Shown one piece after another: positions 12,157 to 22,760 of a stretch of 62,000 bases of DNA. A program made the translations under genes and the position numbers. Source of the stretch: Lama guanicoe. Its lineage: Eukaryota. Numbering within the stretch: the stretch's first letter is position 1; each line of letters opens with the position of its first letter. The notes beneath the pieces are model-generated. The model saw only the letters and a program-made list of their open reading frames with translations, searched no databases and was not told the origin of the DNA. The stretch is taken from assembly GCA_013239625.1 (NCBI GenBank), contig MU053376.1, positions 1,846,507 through 1,908,506 of the forward strand, written 5' to 3'.

Positions 12157-15014
12157 GTCTGTTACCAATGTCAGGCCTGTCTTACAAGAGGTCCCATAGG
12201 TTTTAACCTTCCTGCAAAATGTTTTTGTTACTTAAGCGTAATAGGAAATGGTCTTGGGTGGAACACCTGGAAAATAATGGATTTTGCATTCCTGCTCATT
12301 CCAAAATGTTTGATTTGCTTTTTAGGATTCTGTTAGTTTAAATCATATGAAATCATCATTTTGTAGGTAATTTCACATGGTTCAGCCTAATAAATGGAGA
12401 CCGTTTTACAGCCTTCTGGTCTTTAGGTTTAAGAGATGCACAGAGGTGAGGTCCTGGGCAGGTATAGGGCATCTCAAACATACTGCCCCTGGGTTCCCAT
12501 CTCTCAGGGTGAGTCTCTGGAGCTTCAGAGAGGGAGCCCGTGCCCCCACTATTCCTGTGACTCTTAGCTTAGGAGTGGAATTCCTCCAGGCAGTGCCTTT
12601 TTGTAGACTGGACATGGAATGAAACTGCTGCTCTGTGCCCATTTAAAAATATTTTTGTTTACCTTGGAGAACGGACAAGAACAGGGTTTCATGCATATAT
12701 AAGAAAACAGTGAGCGAAAAGGATGTGTACACAGCGGCATGAATGGGGCGCTATTCTTAGCTGGGACTCTAACCTAGAGAAGAACAGGAAACAAGATGCT
12801 TCTGAATGTGGATTCCAGCTGCCCCGGGTGAGAGCCAAAGGGCTTTGAGTCATAGAGAAACTCATGGTAGCTGCTAGTGTCCTCCAGACCTTCCTCTTTC
12901 GGTAGAACAGTTCACATGTTGTGTACCTCACACTGAGATGGAGGAGGGGATGGCTTTCTCTTCTAAGGGATGTGGAGAGGAAGTAGAGAAAGGCTGGCGA
13001 AGTGGACCTCCCACCTGCCCCACTTCTTCCACAGGGATGCTCGGCATCCGCGTGGTGGATGGAGCACCCCCTCTCGCTCTGAGTGGTTTAGCTTCCAGGT
13101 GCCTTGGCTGCCAGGATTCAACTTTTTTCAGCAATTTAAGTGTTGATTTGTTGTTCATTCTCTCACACTGAGGTTGAACCTGATTTGCCTTTGAAAGTTA
13201 AAGACCGGGAATAGAAATGCCTAATGTATGTTATAGCCACCGTGGAGTGCTGGCCACTTTTGAGTCACTCAGTGACTGCCCATTGATTTGAATATATCAG
13301 TGTCTGGAAGCTGGACCAGTCACCCAACTTCCCTGTCTGAAGGTGTGATTGATAGAGAAGAATGTTTCCAGGAAGCATTTTCTTAGGTTAGGATAGTGAT
13401 GGTATTAGCCAGGATCTGTGTTGTCACTGTCATTACCACTGAATGATCTTTATGGTGAATGTACTTAGACTGGGTGTAGGAAGACGATATGTATCCAGTC
13501 CCCACCCTATATGGTTATTATCTAATGTCGACAACAACTGCAAGTCAGCATTTACAAAGAGCATGTCTTTAGTTTGACCCCAGTAGGAGATGGGATTTCT
13601 TCAAGGAGGGTCTGAAATTGTGGCATTACCTCCAAGCAGACTCTGAAAGGAATTGGGCCTGGATAAAAACCATTCCACTTCCTCATTTCTCTAAATGGGA
13701 AAAAAAAAATCTCGTTTTCCTTTCTTTCTTTCTTACTCAGGACACTAAGTCCATTCAGCAACCCCAGAAGTTGTTACAGCTAGGTCACCCCTCTTAGAAG
13801 AAAGACAAAATTTTCTTCCTTAAGAGTGGATACATGGGAACCTCAGATCCTATTCTTATCTCTCTCCTGATTTGATTTAAGATTTGTGTGAAATGAGTGC
13901 AGGGAAAACACCGGCTGTAGACTTGACAACGGCTAACCTGGTTATTGCTTGTGTCTGTGGTGACTGCACTTTGACTACGTGAGGTCCCTGTACTTTCCAG
14001 TTGTCACACAATATCACAGCTGCAAGGGAGCCTCCTTAGGTAAGACAAGTGTCAGTTAGCGTCGTCTGATGGGGAGGAGGAAAAAGAGAACAGAATTGGA
14101 AGCTTCTCCATGGAAGTGGTAACCATGTCAGAGCCAGTCCCAGGGACCTAGCTTGGAAAAGCGTTGACGGTACTGCTGGGAGCCCTTTTAGACCTGCAGA
14201 CCTCACCATCTTAGTGCTGAGCCGAATGAGTCACACAGCCTTCAGATAAAGTCATTTCCAAGGGGTTGTGAACATGTGCCCGACTTGGTCTGGACTGTGG
14301 AATGTGTCACATTTGCTTTTCCTGGCTTATATTTGCTACTGATTGTTTGTTTGCATGCTTTTTTCCTCCCAATTGCTGTTGATAAATTATGCGGCACCAA
14401 AAATTCCAGTGAAGATAACTTTCTCTAAGAGCCTCGGAAGCAAGAGGCTAGAGGATTGATCTTGCCCCGATCCGACAAACCGTGATCAGTCCTGTTGAGC
14501 ATGGTCAGGTCCGGAGGTGTCACTTTGGATGTGTTCTGGGAAATGTGAGGTCTGCCATGAGCTATATGTAGCAGGGAGGCTGGACAGGGAAATGGCTTTA
14601 TGAAATAAAATAAAATATTCATATTGATGCAATCCCAAAGAACTTGCCTTTGAGTTTTATGATGGCAAGGTGTTGGATCAGTCTTCTGTGTGGATCCAGA
14701 ATATGTGAAGCCAGCGGATGGGAAGGGGTGTCCGAACAGGAGAAATGATGAGATGAAGTTTTATCAGAGGCTGAAGGTCTTTTGTTATTTTCTAGTAAGG
14801 TTTCCTCTGATGTGGGATTTATCTGTTTTGTCTGGCTGACTGGAATTATGGTCTGGTTTCTGTCCCTAAAGACACTGCTGTTGGCCTTGGACTACCTATC
14901 TCTTTGCTCACCAAATTGATGACGTCAGTAATAAGGCATGAGCTCTAATGTCTAAAGATCATTTGGTTTTGGATTCTAGGTTCCTTGGGTTCTTAAGTTA
15001 GCAGAGAGAAACTA

Positions 15015-15280
15015 AGAGAGGCAGTGTGGTGTAACTAGAAACAAACAAAACCCCGAACAACAAGCTTTAATGTCAGAGCGACCTGGGTTCAGGTCCTGAC
15101 TGCCATCTCTAAGCCGTGTCACTTTGAGCATGTTGCTTAATCCCCTAGAACCTCAGTGTTCTCGTTGTAAAAGGTGACCTGAAGAACTGCTTGCCTTGTG
15201 GGGTGGGTGTGATGTTAGAGCGAGTGGAGGGCCAAGGAAGGGCCCAGCTTGCGGGAGCACATGTGAACTTTAGCTGTTTC
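15015..15280 (+). mobile_element. Near full-length MIR (MIRb-like)
   Basis: gagaggcagtgtggtgtaa...gacctgggttcaggtcctgactgcca...cttaatcccctagaacctcagtgttctc. Confidence 0.8.
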
Positions 15281-16039
15281 TGTCATGAGCAATGGACTTC
15301 ATAATCACACATCTGTCGCTCCATGCTTCCCACTTTTCCGTGGGTGAAATGAACTTGACGTTGCTACTCAGTGGTTGGCAGGGAGCCAAGTGAGATATCT
15401 GAGCTGGTGAGGATGGATCCTGGGTCCCAAACTGGGGTTCTCCAAGTTATGCTATAGGTATACGCTGTAGAATTACATTAAAAACATACCCCGCTCGTTT
15501 CCCTTTCTTGGTCTCCCGTTCAGAGGAGGGCTTGCTGGCCTTGTGCTTTAAATAGTCCTCAGATGGTGACTTGAATAGTAGACGAACACAATCCTTGTGA
15601 ATCCATTTGCCTTGTGCTTGGGAGTTCTATTCTTAGCCCACAATCGCCGGAATAGAAAGCCTCTGACCCGACATCCCACTGGAGCCACGTGTGCCTGGTA
15701 ATGGATTTCTTTGGGAAGCGGGGACAAAGGACTGGGTCTGCTTCTGTTGTTGAGCAGGCCAGATTTGGGGCAGTCCGTGAAAAGCCAGCCTCCTCCTAAT
15801 TGTCTGGAATTTATGAGCCTGGCTTACCTGGGACACCCCACATGGATGATCCTAATTAAAGTTCAGCCTGTTTACTCCAGTTGAGGAGTTACAGGAAAAT
15901 AAAGGCAGATGAGATATTTATGGGTGTTCCCTTTCCTGTTTCTTTCTTTTTTTTTCTTCTTCTGTATCTGTGATGGAAGGATTAACGACACTTGTTAGTT
16001 ACTGAGCAGAGCCCTGGGAGGGAGGAGGGCCCTGGCGAT

Positions 16040-16160
16040 TACTTTGCTCCTTCTATGAGCCTAGGGGTGTGCATTTCACATGTTACTTCATTTACTCCTC
16101 ATTATTTTTAGCCCCATAATACAGAGATGGAAATTGAGGGTCAGGACTTGTCCAGGGGTT
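16040..16160 (-). mobile_element. MIR fragment
   Basis: tttcacatgttacttcatttactcctc...gccccataatacagagatggaaattgagg. Confidence 0.6.
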
Positions 16161-16611
16161 GATGATCACAGGCCTTCTATTATTTCATACCTTGCATGCC
16201 GTCTCTCCTTACAGATAGGCAACGGTGGGGTCATTTCAGGAAGAACTTGATGATTTAAAGGCATCATTAAATGTTTATTAAACACCTGAATGTAGTTATT
16301 ATATATGCGAGATACTGGATTCACAATACGGCTCCTGATATTATCTGCAGAGAGGTTAGCCCTAACCCTGAGTTTGGCATTTTATGCAGTATTTTGGTTG
16401 CTCCAGCCTGGAGCCATGATGCTGGGAGGGTGTTTCTAAGAGCAGCCTGAGTCCTTAATTATCTTATTAAAGACATTGTCCTCTGTTTGTGGGTGTCTTT
16501 CTCCAGAAACCCCTTGGAGCTTCCCGAGACAAGACCTCAGCTTCAAAACATCCCTATTAAAACAGGAGGGTCTGAAATCATTTGCTCTCCTCTGCAGTGA
16601 GTGGGAGATTC

Positions 16612-16720
16612 AGGCACAGATGGGAGACAGAGGCACAGAAGTTAAATAATTAGTCCAAGGTCACATCAGATGATTTCCGACTCAGCTGACAAACTGTCTA
16701 GAACTTGGTCTCCCAAATGT
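16612..16720 (-). mobile_element. MIR fragment
   Basis: acagatgggagacagaggcacagaagttaaataattagtccaaggtcaca. Confidence 0.7.
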
Positions 16721-17569
16721 TGCAGCTTCCCTTACAGTGTAATTTGGTCTCTTTCACTTTCCATGTCTTATTTTCCTTCCTCCTTTTTCTAATTTGGTAA
16801 ATAAGATGTTTTTCACACCTACTTCCTGATTAATGTTGGGTCTTTAATTTAGCCCTTCAAGATGATCAATGACTTAACTGCTGCCAGAATGTGGTTTATA
16901 AACACACCTTTGTTGTTACTTCTCCCTGATGCTGAATTTTCTGCCTCAATATTTTGCACACTGTCAGTTTCTGTGGGTTCTGAACCTTGGGACTCTCAAG
17001 GAGTCACCTTGACTGAGAAGCTTCTGTAGTTGGGATTTGTTACCTTTCTCAGAGCAGTGCTATTGAGGGGGTTGGGGAAAAATCTAGAAATTCCTGTCCT
17101 CGGCTTCGAAGATGAAGGGCACCGTATTCAAGGATAACCTTGTCCTGTAGGAATAGGACAGATTTGGCTTGTGTTATTCCTCTTTTGTTAGCATAATCAT
17201 ACCTTTCTAGTGACCCTCATGACTCAGGATTCATTAAAACCTATGAGATTACTCATAGAATGTTTCTCCCTATATTTTAGATGGGAGGTGCCGAGGTGGT
17301 GTGAAGTTTGGGGATTCCATGTGGTCTCTTAGGGAAAAGGCAAGTGGTTCAGATTGTCAGCTACATTATATGAAGTTTTCGGTCAGTTTCACTACTTAGA
17401 CTGCAGAGTTATAAAGGGAAATTTTTTACAAAAATAGATGGTCACCCAGGGGATAAGATCTATTGTTAGTAAAATAAGTCTAGTACCAAGTGCTTTTAGT
17501 TTCCTGATGACCTATCAAACTGCACATCTGGTTTCATAATACCTTCAGTCCCCAAATTCTTCATTTGGC

Positions 17570-17660
17570 ATTTTCTGTATATCCATCCTGTGTCAGGGAC
17601 TGTGTTGGACACTGGGTGACAGAGATGAACAGACCCCTGCATCTTAAGATCTCACAGTGG
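17570..17660 (-). mobile_element. L2 3' fragment
   Basis: ctgtgtcagggactgtgttggacactgggtgacagagatgaacagac. Confidence 0.6.
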
Positions 17661-17769
17661 ATGCTGAAATGTAGTGTCATTTAGATCCATTAGATTCTGC
17701 AGTAGTTCCAGGATTTTCCAAGATCCTGTCCCCCAGTGTCCTGTTTAGTTCAGAGTGGGTGGTTCTCTG

Positions 17770-18387
17770 GTTGTCCCTCATAACCCCTGGGCCCAGCTGC
17801 CTACATATCTCTTACCTGGACTGTCTCAGCAGCCTCCTAACTGGTCTCCTTGCCTCCTTGAATCTACTCTCAACACAACAGCTACAGCAATCTTTAAAAA
17901 ATGGAATTCAGATCATGTTACTCCTCTGTTCAAAGCCACCAGTGGTTTTTCATTCCACACATGATTGACCTCTACTATCTATCTGAACTTGCCTTCTGCT
18001 ACTCGCCCCCTCTGACTTCTCTTTGTCAGTATTGGGCTCATGGTGTTTCCTTTAATATGTCAGCCATACATGCCAGTCAATAGGGCACAGTCTTGTCTTG
18101 GGGCTCTACCCTTCCCTCTGCCTGGAACATTCTTCCCCTGGGATCTTTGACGCTCACTGCTTCAGATGTCCACTCAAAAGTTACCTTGTCAGCAGGTCCT
18201 TCCTGACCACTCTCTATAAAATGTACTCTCACCTTGTACTTCTTGTTTGGTTACTGTCTGATTCCCCCTTCCCCTCACTAGACTGTGACTCCATGCGGGA
18301 AGGGAGTTTGCCTGTTTTGTTCAGTGCTGTATCCCTAACACCTAGAAGGTCTTCAGTAAATACTTGTTGGCTGAATGGATGAATCAG
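17770..18387 (+). mobile_element. L2a 3' region (ORF2 end to tail)
   Basis: Translations ISYLDCLSSLLTGL and SDHVTPLFK match the L2 ORF2 C-terminus. Ends in cactagactgtgactcc...agtaaatacttgttggctgaatggatgaat. Confidence 0.88.
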
Positions 18388-18599
18388 TGTGTAGCTGTCA
18401 CTCAGTGACTCTCCCCCGTTGAAGGAGGCTCTTGGACCAGTGGTATACATCTGTCTGATGGCTGGTATGGGGAGGATGTGGTCAGATTGGCTCAATGTGG
18501 AACAGAGTTTTTCTCAGCATGACCCCAAACTGGCTTCTGTTGGGTTTAAGCCACAGTTTTAGTCATAAAGTCAGGGGACGTAAAGATTGCAAGGGCTCT

Positions 18600-18750
18600 G
18601 GGAGAACATTAGGTCTCTCTCTTACTGATGTGAGAAAAAAAGGGTCTAGAGAAAGGAGGTGAGTTGCCCAGAGTCCTGAAGCTGGTTGGGGGGTCAGTCT
18701 GAAATTAGGCCTCTGACATCTGGTTGTTCTGTAATCTTTACTGCATCAAG
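18600..18750 (-). mobile_element. Degenerate MIR
   Basis: ttactgatgtgagaaaaaaagggtctagagaaaggaggtgagttgcccagagtc. Confidence 0.55.
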
Positions 18751-20267
18751 TGTCCTCTGGCTGAGAGAGCGCACAGACTTTCAGATTTGACAGTTTCACT
18801 CCAGACTCCAAACAGGGGCTTTTATCTGGACATTCTGGGTTAGCGTAGTTGGGTGGTGCCCCTGTCATATGTGGAAAATCCCAAAGACTGACCAGTGTGA
18901 ATGGGAACTACCCGAGATGTGCCAGGGGCACCACAGGCGGGCTTGCTCTTCCATTGGCAGGAGCTGTGTAGGGTGGAAAGGAAACCAAAATCAAGATCCT
19001 TTGCTGCCCCAGTTGTTTTAATACATGTCACAGTCAGAACGTGTCTTCCATTTAAATTCAGCGTTTCTGATGAATGGCCAGACCAGCTGCAAGCCCTTTA
19101 GGCCAGAAGCCTTGATGTCGCCAACTGTTCATTTTCTCGATGGACTTCCTTATTTCAGGCGTTTGTGTCTAGCCAGTCTATTGTGGACTTGTCAGAGGGG
19201 TGTAGGGCCCTGTCTTTGCCATGGTCCGGTCCCCCCCTTGCAGCATGTGTCCTGAAGCTGGCCTGCCTCCATCCTCTTTTGAAGTGCCTGTGTGGTCTTT
19301 TATTAGGCCGAGTGAAGTGAGAGAGAACCCTTAAAGAGAGAAAGACTTTCCAGCATTTGCTAGAACAGGTTTGTGAACTGACCGAGCTGTAATTGGGACA
19401 GAAGAAAAAAAGGCTTGAATTGATTAATTTTTTGTCATCTCTTGTGATATAAGGTGCTGCGATTTGAGTTTAGAAGACACTTTGATCAGACATGAAGAAT
19501 GTGTCATATTAATTCCACTCTCAGTGGCCTCTTTGACACTACCTGCCAATCACGCAAAAAACCCATGTTTTTGCTGCATCTGTTTTTACAAAGGCTCTAG
19601 ACTTTCTTAATTTACTTCAATGTATTTCCAGTTCAGGTATGAAATGTACTCTGGGGATGCTGATTTCTAGGTAGCCATTTTTGGGTCAAGGGAAGGTTAA
19701 TATCCTGAGTACAGTAGCCATATTACCTAGAGAGCTTCATTTTGGTTTGGTTACAAAATTTACTTTAGTTTAGTTTTCTTACATTAGGTGAGCAAAATAT
19801 TAAAGGCTTGAATGTTTCGGGCTGTGCCCTAAGACACTCAGCAAAACAGTAAGACTTAGAATTAGGAACCAGGAGTTACTCTATTTACAGATTATTTCTT
19901 TTCAAACTGGGCTGGTGGAATTTCTGAGCACCACTGAGTTCTCCCTTCTACATCTTCAGATTTTGTAAGGTTACCTTTTAGCCCTGCGGGACTTGGGTGG
20001 TTCTTAGATCCGGGTCGTAGTCACTCATGGGAGTCCTTGATCTGGACAAGATGGACTTTGAGTAGTTGAGTTCACACAGCTAGGGTGGTGGTGGTGGGAG
20101 GGTCTCTCCTCTTGGTTATTGTCCATTTTCTTGCCAAAGAGCTGGAGGAGCAATCCCAAGGTCAGGGGAACTCACCCTGATGTTTTGGGTTGTCGGGGAT
20201 TGTGCTGGATTCTGACTTGGGTTCTGTCATCAAATACCCTGATCCTTAGGGACAGAAGCAACTCTCT

Positions 20268-20575
20268 AGCCTGTGGTTTCAATAATAGGGAGAGAGGGGA
20301 TGGGAAGGGATAAATTGGTAGTTCCAGATTTGCAGATGCTAACTACTATATATAAAGTAAATAAACAACGAGTTTCTTCTGTATAGCACAGGGAACTATA
20401 TTCAATATTTTGTAGTAACCAATAATGAAAAAGAAGATGAAAAGGAATATATGTATGTATATGGATGACTGAAACATTGTGCCGTACACCGGAAACTGGC
20501 ACAGCATTGTAAACTGATGGTGCTACAATTAATAAATAAATAAATAAATAAGAATTCCATCATTAAAAAAAAAAA
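20268..20575 (+). mobile_element. Young L1 3' UTR (camelid-type)
   Basis: Highly similar to 3477-3732 (gggatgggaagggataaa...tagcacagggaactatattcaatatttt...). Tail is (AAAT)n plus an A run. Confidence 0.92.
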
Positions 20576-20681
20576 CAGGAAATGGAATTCTCACCCATTC
20601 TTGTTTTCTGTGCTAGAAGTTACACTTTGAGATTTGGGCCTGCCTCTTTCTTTCTCTTTTTCTTTTTTCAGTAGCAGTTTT

Positions 20682-20820
20682 TTGTGTTTTTTTGTTTTGT
20701 TTTGTTTTTAAACAGCTTTATTGAGATATAATTCACATACTAAGAATTCATCCATTTGAAGTATACAATTCAGAGGCTTTTAGTATACACACCAGGTTGT
20801 GTAACCATCACCACAATCTC
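20682..20820 (-). mobile_element. L1MB-like 3' end with intact TSD
   Basis: aacagctttattgagatataattcacatac...gttgtgtaaccatcaccacaatc. Perfect 13-bp TSD CAGTAGCAGTTTT at 20669-20681 and 20821-20833, followed by AA (TTTT/AA, the L1 endonuclease site). Confidence 0.88.
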
Positions 20821-22229
20821 CAGTAGCAGTTTTAAACTGACTGTTCATTTAGACAAGAGCAAAAGGATATTAACCTAGCCCTGGAAATAAACGTGAACCC
20901 ACATAGTCTTTGCCGAGCTTTTTTTTTTCCTCTTGGTAGTATGTTAATTGTATTTTCTCTAGCAACCTTTTCTTCCCCCTGTATTCCTTTGGCGGACATT
21001 ATTACTTGAATTGGAAGAGCAGGTGAAGAGCTGTTTTTAGGACTCTCTGGAAGTCTACAGTCCAGATGACAGTCTCAGCTAATGGGAACCAGAGCCTGGG
21101 AAGGGGGTGAGCCTGAGCAGGGATCCGTCCAATTAGCATAGCACTGACTCTGAGTGGCAGGCATACAAGTGACCACAAAGTGTTAAACACATCTGGAAAG
21201 GGATTCTGACATCATCCCCAGCATCTGTGGGGAATACACACAGCCCGTAGACCCAGTCCTCTTTGACCCCATAAAGATTCTTTAAAGAGTAATGCCCCTG
21301 AGTGGTTTTCTGGCTAGCTCGCCTGCTCATTTATCTTGGAGGAGATGGAAGGAGACAACCTGCCTGTGGGGGCTCCACGGGCCCCAGAAGCAGATGGATT
21401 CCGCGTTTGAAAGTGCTGAAGCTAAGAGACTGGGTCTTACGGGGGCCCCAGGGGATCCGCTTTTCCTCTACTCATTGTCCCTACAAAACTTTTCCTGGCA
21501 GGCGGCACTGCTGTTTAGATGGGTTGTGCTCTGCTGTTTTAAGTTGTTTGGCAGTGGTGTCTCAGGATGCGGGTTTTCTGAATGCTTTCCCAGCTGGTTA
21601 CTTGAGCGATGGTTAGGGCGGGGCATTCTGAGCTGCTGGGGCCAGTCTCCTGTCTGGACACTCACAGCTGGACTGGTGGGAGGACTCCATCTTCATTCTG
21701 CTGCCTTGGGTGGTGCTGTGGGTGGCCCTTGAGATGTGAACGGGGTGAGTTGGGGGAGTGAGAGGTCTCTTTTTGTTTCTTTTTGTTTCGGTGAAGTAGT
21801 CCAGACCACAGGATTCCATGTGACTTTTACTCTTATCCTATGCATGCTTCTCTGCTAGCCCTCACCACCTTCCTTACGCCTATAATTCCCCCATCTCCTC
21901 TGGGTTGAATTTATTTAAGGGCTCCATTTTCAAAACCAGGCTCCTTTTTAGTTCCTGAGCCAATTATGACTGAAAAGCAAGCAGCCTCAGATCTACCATC
22001 TGGTATACCATGGTGCCAATGAGAGTTGGGATCTGGGATTCTAGATCAAGGGCTGGGTACCATGATGCCCCTGTAACTTAGCACCTCCCCAAATCCCTCT
22101 AGTTGGCTCAGCCCATCAGGGCTAAAATTGCCCCTCATATCCTAGTCTCTCTTAGAGGCAGAGGCTTTGCCTAGACCCTAAGCTCTTGATTCAAGTTCTG
22201 AACTGCTCTTTTTTTGGTTGGGGTAGTGG

Positions 22230-22760
22230 GGAGAGTATTCAAATATGCACACAAGAAATGAATTTCTATTTACCCACCACCCAGATAAAACAGTTATCCC
22301 CATTTTGTTATATTTGTTTCATCTTCCCCCAAACCCTTAAAGATATACTGTTACACAGGAAAGACTAAATAAGTACTTAATCTCCCACCCCATCCATCTT
22401 TTAAAATCACTTTTCAGAATAATGTGTTAGGGACCCAGTAACCTCCAGTGGTGACCAGCAGTTTTTTTTGAGCATCATTATGAGCTCATAGATTTATTAT
22501 GTAATTGATATTCTTCCACCCATTACGTTCGTTATTTGTTAATTGATTTGGATGCTCACATTGTCTCATCTTAGGTCAGTAGGCATCCTTTCAGGTTTAC
22601 TCCCCAGTTCCTTGGACATGACCCCACTAAACTTTGCTAGCGTCCTTGCTTTCTGGCACAAGATGTTCCAGGCTCTCTATCCTGTACCAGATGTAGAATC
22701 AGCCATTTCTCCAGGGACCTTGATTCCTTTTAGTAGAGGATGCAGTCTGGGCTCTAGGAC
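22230..22760 (-). mobile_element. L1MC4/5-like 3' region
   Basis: tttgctagcgtccttgctttctggcacaagatgttccaggctc...gaatcagccatttctccagggaccttgattccttttagtagagga. Confidence 0.75.

Noticed and set aside
12046..12336. ORF with a Gly-rich NGYGHGNGSGYG repeat
   Set aside because: Produced by the degenerate ATGGAN repeat at an L2 tail.
21292..21732. 146-aa ORF in a somewhat CpG-richer stretch
   Set aside because: No recognisable domain or convincing splice boundaries; composition looks like translated non-coding DNA.
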